Shown here: positions 33,166 through 46,918 of the stretch, piece after piece
Layout: the number at the start of each line of letters is the position of its first letter
Position numbering within the stretch: position 1 is the stretch's first letter
DNA from: Oopsacas minuta
Taxonomy: Eukaryota > Animalia > Porifera
Direction: 5' to 3'
Length of the DNA: 64,000 nt
Assembly: GCA_024704765.1 (NCBI GenBank)
Contig: JAKMXF010000221.1
Coordinates: 310,001 to 374,000 of the forward strand
Notes under the pieces: model-generated
Told to the model about the DNA's origin: nothing
The model's input: the letters and a program-made list of their open reading frames with translations, nothing else
Database searches by the model: none
Program-made: the position numbers and the translations under genes

Positions 33166-36100
33166 ATGCGAAAAGCATTCTTACTGCAGTCCACAATTTC
33201 TAATGGTGTCATTTGGTGTTTATTTCTGAGCTGGCTATCACCAGGTGTTTCCTCCATACAAGCTAATCCAACTCTACTTGGGTTTCATCCCTGTAGTCAT
33301 GCAGAATGGGAATCAGGATACTTTAAAGTTCCATTTAGTGAGAATTGTAACTTTACCTTATATGGCAGAGACTTCTCGGTAGATACGTATGTCTACTTTA
33401 CTACAAATCCTGAGAACTGTACCTCAGAGAGCTATCCTAGATACTCCTTCAAGCTGACACTCCCTTCTTGGGCAAATAAGACTAGCGATGTGTCCTACTT
33501 GAATCTTAACCTACCAGATGACCCAGATGTCCTGGGTAACATGGTCCCCCTCTACTTCTGCTTCAACTATGATCAGAATACGACTGAAGGATCACATCAA
33601 GGTTCAATGCCTTGGTTACATTTCCGATTATTCAACAAAGATCTCTTGCCTGTCCCAGTCGAAATAATATTTATAATTTGCCTCATAGTTCTCTCCGCTT
33701 GCTTCTCAGGTCTTAACCTAGGCCTTATGTCCCTGAACTTGACAGAGCTTAAAATCGTGATCAGCTGTGGTAGTAAATGGGAGAAGAGATGTGCTCGTGT
33801 AATCCATCCTATCCGTAAGCATGGTAACTATTTGCTGTGTACTCTACTACTAGGTAATGTGTTGGTTAACAGTGCTCTCACTATTCTACTCGACAACCTA
33901 ACCTCTGGATTGATTGCAGTGATAGGTTCTACGATTATAATCGTTATATTCGGAGAAATTATTCCACAAGCTATCTGTAACCGTTACGGACTGTTCGTAG
34001 GGGCTCTCACTCTACCTCTGACAGTTCTCTTCCTGATTCTAACATTCCCTATATCCTTTCCTATCTCTAAGCTGCTGGACTGTATCCTGGGGGAGGAATT
34101 GGGTACCAATTACAAGCGGGAGGAACTGTTAGAATTGGTTAAGCAAGATAAAAAGAACTTAGAACAAGATGAGAAGAATATCATAGCAGGTAATAATCTC
34201 ATAAACGATAAATTAACATATGTATATATTTGTTTTTTGCTAGGTGCATTGGAATTCAAACATAAAACAGCCTCTGACGTCATGACTCCGATCAATAAAG
34301 TATTCATGCTGGAAATAAAGAGTATTCTAGATTTTAAAACTATGATGAAGATCGCTCAGAGCGGACATAGTCGTATCCCTGTGTATGAAAATGATCCCAG
34401 AAATATAATAGGATTATTGTTCGTAAAGGATTTAATATTTCATGATGCGGACGATAAAATCCCTCTCAATACAATCGTCAAGTTCTATAACCATCAAGTT
34501 AAGTCTGTGTATTTTGATACAACTCTTGATAAAATTCTTAACGAATTCAAAACAGGGAGAACTCATCTCGCTATTGTTATAAAGTAAGTTCGAGGACCCC
34601 TGCTGTAGATTAATTTATACAGATTGTTATTAATGTTATCCTATGTAGGGTTAATGACTCGGGAGAAGGAGATCCTTTCCATGAGAATCTGGGAGTTATA
34701 TCTCTGGAAGATATTATAGAAGAAATTATACAATGCGAGATAGTAGATGAATCTGATAGGTTTTTTGATAACAGATCTTATATACCTGTGGAGAGGAGCT
34801 CTTTTCCTGATTTTCACGTATTTCTAGATGCAGATTCAACTACAGGTAAATTTTATTCAATACGTACAGAGATGGATCTAGGTTCAAACATCAGGGGGGA
34901 GATTAACATGAAACTCACTACTTAAACACCTCTTCAGGGGGGCTAACACCCCTCTGAGGAGTTGGCTAGATGAAATACTGAATATGTATATGAATGTGCT
35001 GGATATTATATAATATGATGACATCACGTCACGTAATGATTACTCTTGAACTCTTATAACATCTAAAATAGTGAATATCACTCTATGTCGTCAGAAAAAG
35101 TGGTTTCATTTATTATTGACGCTATACAAATCCATTAAGTCACATTTTAATTTAATGTAACAACCTCACGTGATGAATAGGTAAGACAGTATTTGATTAT
35201 AGAATGTACCAGTAAATTGATGACTCTCTCACACACACACACACCCTCTAATCACGTGTACTATTCATTATATGCCCTTATAACCCTAGCACACCCTGAG
35301 GGATGTTCCTTTTAAATAAATATATATTATTGCATAATATATAGCTATGAGAAAGCTGTCGCTGCACTAATTCAATCTAACCCCCTATTAGAATCATTGG
35401 TCTGTTTTTGGTAGCTGCGATAATATCCATACCAGCGTGTTTTTTCTTCTTCCTATTTACTGCCATGTCAATAACGTCTAAGAGCTCTCTCTCATCTGCT
35501 CCTCTCCTCATCAGGTCTCTCAGCGATACTTCATTTGCTCCAAATAGACAAACCTTTAGATTTCCATCTGCTGTTATCCTCAGTCTGTTACACGAGTGAC
35601 AAAAGTGCTCACTCATAGAAGATATGAAACCAAATTGTCCCTTGTACCCCTCTACACGGTATGCCTTTGAAGTACTGTTATCTGGATCTGATTCTTTACT
35701 TATTGAAGGGAAATGTTGCTTCAGTTCTTCTAGCATTGCTGTATAGGGAACGAACTTATCTCTAGACCATGCGTTTCCATCGAAAGGCATAAATTCAATA
35801 AATCTGATATCCAAATTTGTATTCTTTGTAAGTGATACAAAATCTTGTAACTCATCGTCATTAAAATTCTTCATAACAACCACGTTAACCTTTACAACAT
35901 CAAATCCCATATCTAGAGCTTTGTAAATATTCTCTAACACACGTTTATGTCCTAACCTCCTAGTAATGAATTCAAATTTAGCTTCTACCAATGTGTCTAG
36001 ACTTATATTTAGAATTTTTAATCCAGCTTCCTTCAAAGCTGGTAGTTTCCTTCCCAACGTGATCCCATTGGTTGTCATGGCAACGCTCTCAAGTTCTTCT

Positions 36101-37448
36101 AGCTTAGAAATCTCACTGACTATATTAACCAAGTCTTTACGGACCAGAGGCTCTCCCCCGGTTAGTCGTATTTTCCTTACTCCCTGTCTAACGAATAGTC
36201 TAGATAAGTATACAATCTCGTCAGCAGTTAGGATCTGTCTATCAGGTGATAGTTCTACTCCTTGTTCTGGCATGCAGTACTTACATCTCAGATTACAGCG
36301 TTCTGTTAGAGATATACGGAGATAGCTGTGGTGTCTCCCAAATGTGTCCGTCAGTATTTTGGAGGGAACAGCTGTTTGAGTCTTTTTAGGGATTTCAATA
36401 TTTGCAGTATTTGACGAACAGTTAGCTAGCTTCTTAACACATGACCATAGCTTGATGCGAGTAGAGGATAACATTAATCTAACATATAAGACGATACAAA
36501 ATATATAATTAATTATTATTTTTAGCAATATCAGCACAACAGAGTCTAGCTGTATACCTGTACTTATCTACAACCGTAGAACCATTCAAGCATCCCTTAC
36601 TCACCAAACGTATTCTCCAGAGACTAGTAGAGCAAGATATATATTGGTCTATATCTAAAGAGCAGGTAGAAGTGAATGACTACTATCTCTATGAGAAAGG
36701 AAAGCAAGCTAACCACTTTACACTAATCTTGGAGGGGAAATTACAGGTAAATTTAAAGTACAGCTGATTACACAGGACTAAATTTATATAGTAACGCTAT
36801 ATAGGTAACAGTTGGTAATGATGAGCTACAGTATGAAGCTGGACCATTTACTACTTTTGGAACAAAAGTTTTAACCAGATATACAGAACTTAGTGACCAC
36901 AATTTTGGAAAACTCAATTTTATTCCTTACATTCCTGACTTCTCTGTCAAACCTCTGACAGATGTCACACTATTGTACATTCCATTCAGGCACTATATAG
37001 TAGCAGTCAAGGCATCTTGTGCTGAGAAAGATGCTGAACTGATATTTGAAGAGGTAGGAAAAATATATTAACTTGTATTATTATGTGAGATTATTAACTG
37101 TATTTATAGGAATGGCAGAAAACTAAAGAAGAAGATCCTATCCGTCCAGCTGACGCCTACATCCTGGTACATCACGGTACAGCTATTAACCACAAATCCT
37201 CTTCAGAAGATGTAGAGACACCTCCAGAACACATCCCTCCCGCAACACACAGATACAAACGGAAGATATCAACTCGTAGCATCACGAGTCCTGATCTCGG
37301 ACAGCTGGAATTAGAAGCACATGCTCATAAATCCACAAATGGGAATGAAATGTTGATTAGGAGAATGGCCAGTTGTGTTAACACCTCTGACAGTGAGGAT
37401 GATGACGATAATATTATCGCATCTGATAAGAGTCGTCTAATAAAGTAG
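33166..37448 (+). CDS. CNNM: CNNM-family Mg2+ transporter (DUF21, CBS pair, CNBH), 6 exons
   Basis: [61 protein letters not shown] exons resume at 36526 after the intron at about 34846-36525; stop at 37446-37448. Confidence 0.92.
35377..36474 (-). CDS. MOCS1: Molybdenum cofactor biosynthesis radical-SAM enzyme MOCS1A (MoaA), intronless, nested in CNNM
   Basis: [34 protein letters not shown]...CL, C-terminal RPMILIGG-stop; ATG at 36474 (MLSSTRIK) preferred. Confidence 0.95.
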   Translation of the reverse strand: MLSSTRIKLWSCVKKLANCSSNTANIEIPKKTQTAVPSKILTDTFGRHHSYLRISLTERCNLRCKYCMPEQGVELSPDRQILTADEIVYLSRLFVRQGVRKIRLTGGEPLVRKDLVNIVSEISKLEELESVAMTTNGITLGRKLPALKEAGLKILNISLDTLVEAKFEFITRRLGHKRVLENIYKALDMGFDVVKVNVVVMKNFNDDELQDFVSLTKNTNLDIRFIEFMPFDGNAWSRDKFVPYTAMLEELKQHFPSISKESDPDNSTSKAYRVEGYKGQFGFISSMSEHFCHSCNRLRITADGNLKVCLFGANEVSLRDLMRRGADERELLDVIDMAVNRKKKKHAGMDIIAATKNRPMILIGG

Positions 37449-37737
37449 AACATATATGTTAATATATGTGCATCTACTTTTGTTTTGTAATGTAAATAGT
37501 GATTGTAAACTGAATTATTTCATTTGTATTCGGCCTACAAATGGATGTGCTCTTAGGCTCTCTATTCATCAGATGTGATTTATTTTGTTTAATATGTTTA
37601 TATGGAATTACATACATGCATTCAAACATGTTTTATACATCAATTAATTGGCTTCTGTTAATATTTTTGTCGAATATTGGTAGCTGATATATTTACACAT
37701 AGTTAGTTGTATTATAATACGTATATGTTGTTAGCTA

Positions 37738-39897
37738 ATGAAGTTACTATTGCTACTCTTGAGTAGCATATTCCTGACACTACCCCCGTCTCAATCGGAT
37801 AGTCCATCAGCTAGCTTTGGATCTGGAGCCGTCCTCAAGATTCTATACTGGTAATAAATATCAAATGAGTTATAATATCTTAGTAGTTATACCCATTATA
37901 TTCTTGTAGCTACAGCTGAGGGTATAGAAACTTGTTCATGCAATATGAACATATTTTAAAGGAGAATTTCCCGGACTTAATAGTTGTTGGGGAGAATTAT
38001 CCACCATCAAGCCTCAGACTACAACTTAACAAAATAGTTTCTGTGTTTAAGCTTGTACTTATCGGTACCGTTATTGCTGGACCAACTGTATTCGGGACTT
38101 TTGGTAGAAATCCACCTGGTTGGTTCTTATGGACACAAGAAAATAAAGTAAGTCATGGTTCACGAGTAAGTTTATTAGGATCTTCAGTTTAATATAGAAT
38201 CATCATCGATTCATATCCGCAATTGGAATGAGTTAGTTTGCATCATTAGATCCTTATAACAGTACCCAGAGAATTTGGTCTCTTTTAAATCTTATAAACA
38301 GCATTGATTTATGGTTTGAAATAATGAATTACAAATGATTAATTCGTAAATGAAATATAAAACAAATACAATACCATTTAATTTTCACACATATTTCGAC
38401 CTTCTTTTCTCTCTCCATATCCTCAACCAGCTAGTAACTCCAAACCATTTGAGTTCTCCTGTTGGTTTTATGTGGAATAATATCAGTCCTGTTATGAGTG
38501 TACACAACCCTAATATATACAACCAGGAGAATCTGTAATTGAAGACTAGGGATCCCAAAACCAGGTTATAGAAGTTGGAAGTGATGAGAGATATATTAAC
38601 AGCTGTAGCTCCTGATAGCTTAATCAGTGACAGCAGCATCACAACAACCAGGATTGAATTTACTGTATAAGCAGACAAGAACAGAACTAATCTTGTATTC
38701 CACTCAACTTCCAACAAGGCTTTTCTCTCCAATATACAAACTTGTATTCCTAGAATTATAGCTGAAAATAACTGGTGTATTCCCAGAAACTCAGCTACCC
38801 CATACTTTCTACACAACACCTCACTTGATGTATTAGTAATCCCGTAGAATAGACTTGCTAACAGAACCAGACCATCACCTATTAGTCTCCTATCACTGGT
38901 GCCTATTAACACTCCGTAGGGATTGTCTCCATTAACGTCAACAAATAACAACACTACTATCCCAATAATTGCGAATGCTATCCCCATAAGATGTTGTATT
39001 GTATAGCTTATACTCAGGAATACAACAGAGAATATTGCTGTACAAACTATTACAAACGATTGCATTAGATTAACACTAGTTAGCGTTGTGTATTGAAATG
39101 ATAGTAGAATTAGATAGGCAGCTTCTATGTCTAGTATTGCAATAGGGAGATATAGTATTCCTCTGTAGAGCAAGGCCTTGGTGAAGAGTTTCGGTTTTCT
39201 AGCTAAATTTATAGTGAATATGAGGGTTATTATGAAATTAACTAGGAAGTATTGCGAATTGGGAGCATGGAACGGTCCTGGAGGAGAGGACTGTAAGATC
39301 TGACTGAATACAGAGGATCCACTCTTAAGTAGAGACAGGACTTGTCCTAGTACGATTCCTATAAAAAGCTTATTCTGCAGTAGAATTTTAGAAATCTGTT
39401 TCAGTTTATTTTCTCTCTCAGCTGGAATGAGAGGTAGTCTTTCATCTTCACTCTCAGTCTCCTCTCCATTTATCACTATATCTTGTCCTGTAGCCATATT
39501 ATAAAATATTCATATCGAGCTACTATTTTATAAATTCTATATAATATTGTTAGATAAAAACGTGATTGTTATAGCATTATCTAAACTGGCTTCAATACAC
39601 GTAATATAATTTCTAGTTCGCTTCAATATTTCTAACTTGGATAGTCTGTGGACAGGTAGAAAGTGCTCTGCTATCAACTGGGGCTTTTGAAGTATACTTC
39701 AATGGTGAGTTTGTCCCGATGAACTTTATTGAATTGGAAATAATATTGACACACTTAATTAATTAGACGTTCCTATACACTCCGCTCTAAAGACGGGACA
39801 TCCTCCCAGTATAGAACAAATAGCTGGATCTATCAATAATCATATAGTCCCCAACACCATAGACTCAGAAATATTTAATCATATTACTAATAAGTAA
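37738..39897 (+). CDS. SELENOT: Selenoprotein T, 4 exons (37738-37850, 37910-38147, 39617-39704, 39767-39897), Sec UGA at 37917-37919
   Basis: Spliced translation MKLLLLLLSS...KILYC|YS-U-GYRNLF...GENYPP...WTQENK|FASIF...STGAFEVYFN|DVPIHSALKTGHPPS: a CxxU motif plus the STGAFE signature. Confidence 0.92.
38385..39497 (-). CDS. SLC35F1/F2-family transporter, intronless, nested in SELENOT intron 2
   Basis: LGQVLSLL, DIEAAYL...FQYTTLTSV, GDGLVLLASLFYGITN, about 10 TM segments. Confidence 0.85.
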   Translation of the reverse strand: MATGQDIVINGEETESEDERLPLIPAERENKLKQISKILLQNKLFIGIVLGQVLSLLKSGSSVFSQILQSSPPGPFHAPNSQYFLVNFIITLIFTINLARKPKLFTKALLYRGILYLPIAILDIEAAYLILLSFQYTTLTSVNLMQSFVIVCTAIFSVVFLSISYTIQHLMGIAFAIIGIVVLLFVDVNGDNPYGVLIGTSDRRLIGDGLVLLASLFYGITNTSSEVLCRKYGVAEFLGIHQLFSAIILGIQVCILERKALLEVEWNTRLVLFLSAYTVNSILVVVMLLSLIKLSGATAVNISLITSNFYNLVLGSLVFNYRFSWLYILGLCTLITGLILFHIKPTGELKWFGVTSWLRIWREKRRSKYV

Positions 39898-39898
39898 G

Positions 39899-39900
<2 letters not shown>

Positions 39901-39940
<40 letters not shown>
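39901..39940. repeat. (ATTT)10 microsatellite in the SELENOT 3' UTR
   Basis: Perfect tetranucleotide run read directly. Confidence 0.95.
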
Positions 39941-39942
<2 letters not shown>

Positions 39943-39976
39943 TGTTTACAAAACTGTTTATTTATTTCATATAGAT

Positions 39977-40085
39977 AGTTGAGAAGAGAGATGACTGCTC
40001 TTTTCCTACATATGATGGTTCTTGTCTAAACCTAGGATATTAACTTGATCTTTTTGGAGAAAGGAGTAGGTTACCCTCTCAACTC
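39977..40085 (+). promoter_or_regulatory. SECIS element (core 40012-40049)
   Basis: ATGA(T), 11-nt helix, AAA loop (40028-40030), then TGAT (40046-40049); outer stems agttgaga/tctcaact and tgctctttt/aaaggagta; lies downstream of a Sec-UGA gene. Confidence 0.75.
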
Positions 40086-40209
40086 ATTTATCAATGTTTG
40101 TGTTATATTTCTGATATAAATAAGAATATATTTATGATATATTTTCTAATTAAATATTCGAGTTAAATCAATAAATATATTTTTAAGATATTATTGCAAT
40201 TAATATTAA

Positions 40210-40827
<618 letters not shown>

Positions 40828-40897
40828 TTAGTAGAGTAGTGTATGTTTGTAAATTCAACAAATTATCGATAAAGTATAATATCTAATATAAACTAGC

Positions 40898-41839
40898 ATG
40901 TCTCATATAGTACAGATTATACAGACACAAGGTGAATGGGATATTCTCCTGTCTGGGACAGAGAGGATTGTGTGTCACTTCTGGGCTCCTTGGAATGAAT
41001 ACTGTGTACATCTACAGTCGGTTATGCAGCAGCTCTCCATTGAGAATAGTCCTGGCATAAAGTTTATTCAACTTGAAGCAGAGAAGTTCCCTGAGATTTC
41101 ACTTGATAACAACATCTCAGCAGTTCCTACTTTTATACTCTATAAAGGTAAGCAAGAGTTTGAGAGAGTAGACGGAGCGAAAGCAGCTGAGCTAACAAAG
41201 AAAGTACAGCTATTAGCTGTAACAGATTCTGACATAAATCAGAGATGTAATGCTCTGATACTATCTGCTCCAGTACTGCTATGCATGAAGGGGAGTGGTG
41301 ATGAACCTAGATGCAAGTTCAGTAAGAGAATAGTAAACATTCTTAACCAGAAAGACATCGAATACTCTACTTACGATATTCTACAGGATCCAGAAATGAG
41401 GGAAGGTTTAAAAGAGTTCTCCAACTGGCCTACTTACCCCCAGCTCTACCATAATGGAGAGCTCCTGGGGGGATTAGATATCATAGAAGCACTATCAATG
41501 TCAGGAGAGTTAGATACCTTACCTAAGAGAGAGAAGCTACAGGATAAACTTAAGCAGATAATCAGCTCTAATAATGTGATGCTATTTATGAAAGGAGATC
41601 CTATCACTCCCAGATGCAAGTTCTCCCGTGCTACTATTGACATACTAAGTGAGACAGGAGTAGAGTATGGGAGTTTTGATATCTTAGAAGATGAGAGTGT
41701 TAGGCAAGGACTGAAGGAGTATTCAGACTGGCCTACTTATCCTCAGCTCTATGTTAATAATGAATTTATAGGCGGATTGGATATTATCAGGTCACTGAGG
41801 GAGTCAGGAGAGTTAGAAAGTACACTGAAAGCTAAGTAG
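40898..41839 (+). CDS. GLRX3: Glutaredoxin-3 (PICOT): Trx domain plus two monothiol Grx domains
   Basis: HFWAPW, PRCKFS twice, NWPTYPQLY and DWPTYPQLY, GGLDI. Confidence 0.95.
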   Translation: MSHIVQIIQTQGEWDILLSGTERIVCHFWAPWNEYCVHLQSVMQQLSIENSPGIKFIQLEAEKFPEISLDNNISAVPTFILYKGKQEFERVDGAKAAELTKKVQLLAVTDSDINQRCNALILSAPVLLCMKGSGDEPRCKFSKRIVNILNQKDIEYSTYDILQDPEMREGLKEFSNWPTYPQLYHNGELLGGLDIIEALSMSGELDTLPKREKLQDKLKQIISSNNVMLFMKGDPITPRCKFSRATIDILSETGVEYGSFDILEDESVRQGLKEYSDWPTYPQLYVNNEFIGGLDIIRSLRESGELESTLKAK

Positions 41840-41946
41840 CAACTGTTTGGAAATTTGTAGAACCGTGATGTTGTAATACAAATGCAATATTTCGAATAGT
41901 TTAATAGCCTATAGTTATATTACGTATTCTAGTATTCATAGCTAAA

Positions 41947-44900
41947 ATGTTAATCCTGAAGTCTGTACTGCTATTTATACTGCTATTTATACTGCTACTG
42001 TACACAACAGCTCAAGAGACAGACCCATCATCTTGTGACGACATAACACCTCTCAGTGAGGATGCTGTATGCAGTGAGGGGACTGACAGGGTGTGTTATA
42101 GAGCACGAGCTCCTCAGGATTTGGAGGTGACTATATCCTACAAGAATCTCTGTGATAATTCTCTATGTATAGTCTCACAACTTAATCCCGTGCTTGCAAT
42201 GAGAGGAGATTCCTTCTCTCTCTCATTCTCAGAAGAACCGTTCTTCAATGTTCCTCTAGGATTATCTGTGTATCTGTTTCCTGGTGAGCAGAGCTTCATT
42301 ACTTGTGACCAAACTACAAACTACGATCAGCTAGTGACGTCATCAAGTCAGGCATTGAATGCTACTCTCTCCAGTGAATCTCTTCTTGATGGAATAAACT
42401 ACCTAACATTCACTACAGATATTACTTGTGTGTATCTCAGAATGGTTAGTCAATAAACTCTACCAATAATATACGTATTCAATACTCATACAAGTAGGTA
42501 GTAAATGTACAGACAGTAGACTGTGTGTCTCCAGACTCCCCTGACGTAGATACTCTGTGTGGGGGTATAGGGGTGTGTGCTGCATCTACAAACCCCTTCT
42601 CTGAAGAAGGGTACTCCTGTGTATGTCCAGCAGGAGTTAATTTCAAAGACAATTACTGTGGAGATATAGATGAGTGCAGTTCAGAGCCTTGTCAGAATGG
42701 AGGAGATTGTATTGAGGGAGTAGAGTGTGGATTTACATGTGAATGTACTTCAGGATATACCGGTACATTGTGTGAAGTGAGTGACGTCATACTATAAATG
42801 GACTTAAGATTACCTTATCTATCGTTTTTCTTATAGACTGAGATAATAGATGCTTGTGATTCTAATCCTTGCGCTAACGGCAGTGAGTGTATTCCGGAGA
42901 ATAACGAGTTCCGATGTGTATGTCCACCTGGTATAACAGGACTAATATGCGATGAGAAGGTGAATAACTGTATGCACGAGCCATGTCTTAACGGAATATG
43001 TAACAACTTGCTAGATGACTACAGCTGTACTTGTCTACTGGGTTATACAGGAAGGAATTGTTCTAGTCTGATTGACTATTGTAATCATTTTCTCTGCTTG
43101 TCTGGAGAATGTATGAACATTACAGGAAGTTACGTGTGTATCTGTCCTCCTAACGGTAGAGAATTCTCTACTTGTAGCTGTTATGAGGGACTGTGTAATA
43201 GAGGGGAATGTAGTGATGATACTGGTTATGCATTGTGTAGCTGTCCTAATGGATTCTCTGGAGTTACTTGTGAGACTGACTTAGATCTTTGTGAGATACA
43301 AAATACTTGTTCAGAATTTGGAACTTGTCAAGAGACGTCAGATGGCAGTGACACAGTATGTATCTGTCAAGCTACTCACACAGATGTCAATTGCTCTACT
43401 CCAATAGACCCCTGTTTTGATATAACCTGTAACTCAAGAGGATCATGTATATCAATGGAGGATAGCTATGTATGTGATTGTATAGCAGGATACACTGGTA
43501 ACAGCTGTGAGATACCAGATCCTTGTAGCACTGAGCCATGTAGTAACATGTCTACTTGTGTTAATGCTACTAATACTGAGACAGGAGATGAGGTGAGAAT
43601 AGTTTATAATTTGTATATATTCTGTTTATTACGTATTTACCTTATACTGTAGTTCCAATGCGTGTGTCCACCTGGAGTAACAGGTCCCACATGTGACACC
43701 CTCATAACCTGTGATATATCACCCTGTAATAATGGTACTTGTATCACAGATTCTAACCCAGGGCTAATTACATGTATATGTCCGTTGGGAACAGGAGGGA
43801 TGTATTGTGAGAGAGAGGTTGATATAGTTACTCCATTATTCAGAGGAGAATATTCCTATCTTGGATTCTTAACTCCAATATTAGGACTCTGTAGTGAGCT
43901 ACGTATTCGATTTAGAGCTTCTCGTCCTAACGGTATAGTCCTATTCAGTAGTCTAAACAGTACAGATATAGGAGATTATATCCTAGTTCATATGTCTGAT
44001 GGATTTGTATCTGTACGCTTTGATTGTGGATCTGGCGAGGAGACTACACTGATCACAGACCAGAGACTAGATGATGACATCTTTCATATTTTAAATATTT
44101 CTATAGCTTCATGTAGAGTAGAACTAAGTGTAAATACATTTCACTCATCAGCAGTATCAGGCCCTGGCTCTAGCACTATTATCAACCTCAACACAGGGTT
44201 ATACATTGGAGGTGTACCTGAAAGTGTTAACCTGCCATTTGGTGTTGATAGAGTGGGACTGTTTGGGTGTATTTCTAATCTAGAGATTGGAGAATCTGGG
44301 ATACATCTAAACAACCCCATAGAAGGAAGACACGTAGAAAACTGTGAAGATGACGTATGTCAGGGTATAAATTGCCCTAATGGAGGGAGATGTGTTCATA
44401 GCGGAACTGGTATGACTAATTAATTAAAAATTTGATGATTTATTTTATTTCAGCTTCTATTTATAGTCTACAGTTGTATCTGCCCGGATGGATCTGAGTT
44501 GGATACCTGCGGACTATCTGCTTGTCTTGATAACCCATGTATGCACGGGGGGGAGTGCTTACTGCAGGGAGGACAAGCTGTATGCGTATGTCAGCCCTTC
44601 TTCACTGGTCCTTTCTGTGAACAGAAAGCTAGCATACGGACTCCATTCTTCTCAGGGAATCAACATAGCTTTATAAAACACGGACTTATCAATCAGGAAC
44701 TAGTTTCTATCTCTCTCACTGTAAGACCTAATGCTAGTTTCATATCAGGAGTAATTATGTATACAAGTGAGAACATGGAGAATGGATTAGGAGACTATCT
44801 GTTACTGGCACTCAGTGGAGGGTATCCTGTCATTCAATGGGACCTAGGGTCAGGTCAGGGACTACTGTCATCTTCTATACAACTCCTAGTAGATACCTGG

Positions 44901-46721
44901 TATCGGATACAAGTATGTAACTATTGACAATCAATTCTATTCAAATTAATCCTTGCATAAATAGGTGACAAGATCAGGAAGCACAACATCAATGAGTGTA
45001 GATGGTAGCAGTATTGTCAGTGCAAATAGTAGTGGATCCTTCCAGGTACTCAATACAGGGAGTTCTCTCTACCTAGGAGGAGTATCATTCCTGAACTTTA
45101 TATCCCCGCTAGCTGCTGCTCTTGGTATAAACGGGTTTATTGGTTGTATCGAGGAGTTTCAAGCTTTATCTATTAGGGGAGATAGTGTGTTATCAAATGA
45201 AGGGGGGTCAGAATCTGGATCGGGGGTATCTGAGTGTGAAGAGGATCCCTGTGTCCCTAACGTGTGTCAGAATGGAGGAGAGTGTGTAAGCATAATGGGA
45301 GGTATGTCATGTGTATGTCTACCTGGATATACAGGAGTATACTGCAGCAGTTTGTTAGAGGCAGAAGATTGTAGTACTCAGGAATGTGAAAGTGATGCTA
45401 TCTGTATTATGTTGAGCTCTGGACCTCAGTGTCTGTGCCCTCTCGGTAAGACTGGGGACAGATGTGGACAGGTTAGTTGTTGAAACATAATTGAGGATTA
45501 TTAGCTTAAAAAAATTATTTCTAGAATATTCTAATCAGTTATCCTTCATTCAAAAAGTCTCCATTCGCTTATCTACAGTACTCTATAGAGGATGTAACTG
45601 ATAACACAGATGTATTACTAGAATTCTATACACAATCTCGTTACGGACTTATTCTATTCACTTCACAGAATACAAAAACTAAAGCTGGAGACTTCCTCTC
45701 TCTTGCGGTATTTGAAGGGAGATTGGAGCTGAGATGGAACTTGGGTTCAGGAGTTGGACTGCTGCAGTGGCCGGAGGCATTAGCCCTCTTTCAGTGGTAT
45801 AGAGTAGAGGTGAGAAGAACCGCGAGATTGAGCGAGCTGAGGGTAATTATCCCCGGTTCACAGGGTAATGTATCAAGCATCATCGGGAACAGCCAAGGGA
45901 CTCTTACTTCTCTCAACACGAATGGAGTAGTATATATTGGAGGAGCTGATAGTTATGTACGTGCTGCTACTAGCTCAGGAGTAGCTTCAGGGCTAAATGG
46001 GTGTATCAGAGATCTGACTATCAATAATAGACCTTACACACATACTTCTGCTACTAAAGGGATAGATATAGAATCTTGTATTCCACATCCCTGTATCTCT
46101 CACGTGTGTTCTAGTGGTAGTACCTGTGAATCTTCTGGTAATTTTAATAGCTACAGCTGTGTGTGTTCTGTCCCACAGACGGGAGAATTATGTGACGTAA
46201 TAGCAACATTTGAGAATGCTTCATTTTCAGGAGATAGCTATGTGGAATATTCGTTTATAAGCAACCCTGTCACTACTGAGATAGCTCTAAGGTTTAGGAC
46301 TATGTATAGCGAGGGATTGATAGCCTGGGTGGGGATAGAGGGAGGAGATTATTTGTCGATTGGGCTAAGAGGGGGACAAGTCTATGGATACATTGATCTA
46401 GGTTCTGGAGTCACAAGTTGGTCATTTGATAATATTATCAGTTATAGTATTTGGCATAGTTTGACCCTATTTCATAAAAATAACGAGTTAATAGTAGTAT
46501 TGGATTCTGAATCACTGACTATTAGACTGACAGGATTGAGTATGCATTTTAATCCAACAGGAGGAATCTGGATAGGAGGACATGAGGATATTGAGATGAC
46601 AGGATTCACTTCTGGGCTGAAAGGTTGTGTCAGTCAATTGTCTGTATCAGGACTGATGATTGACTTAGATAATCCTAGCGAAATAATTTCTTCTAGAAAT
46701 GTTATTTCCTGTGACTCTTAA
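41947..46721 (+). CDS. Secreted multi-EGF plus four laminin-G protein (eyes-shut/EYS-like), multi-exon
   Basis: Signal peptide, many Cys-rich EGF repeats, four LamG blocks (e.g. LYIGGVP, LYLGGVS, VYIGGAD, IWIGGHE followed by GCI/GCV), no C-terminal TM segment. Confidence 0.75.
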
Positions 46722-46918
46722 ATTTATATTTATTTATTATTATTTATTCTATTAGTTTTACTGTATTCTATTCGCCTACATATTTTCTATTAAAAGTATA
46801 TTCAACATATTGTCCGTATTGGGAAATGAAAATAATACGTAAATGTCAATAAATTAGAGCTGTTACAGAAATAAAATACATTCATTAATATAATATTGTG
46901 TTAGCTCATTCTTAACAG

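Noticed and set aside
34861-34980. G/C-run imperfect hairpins (tcagggggg...cccctctgagg) in the CNNM intron as a snoRNA or a MOCS1B remnant
   Set aside because: No convincing C/D or H/ACA box arrangement and no MoaC motifs in any frame.
37932-38192. 86-aa ORF as a complete or pseudogenic gene
   Set aside because: It is exon 2 of SELENOT; the upstream TGA sits in a CxxU motif and a SECIS-like element is present.
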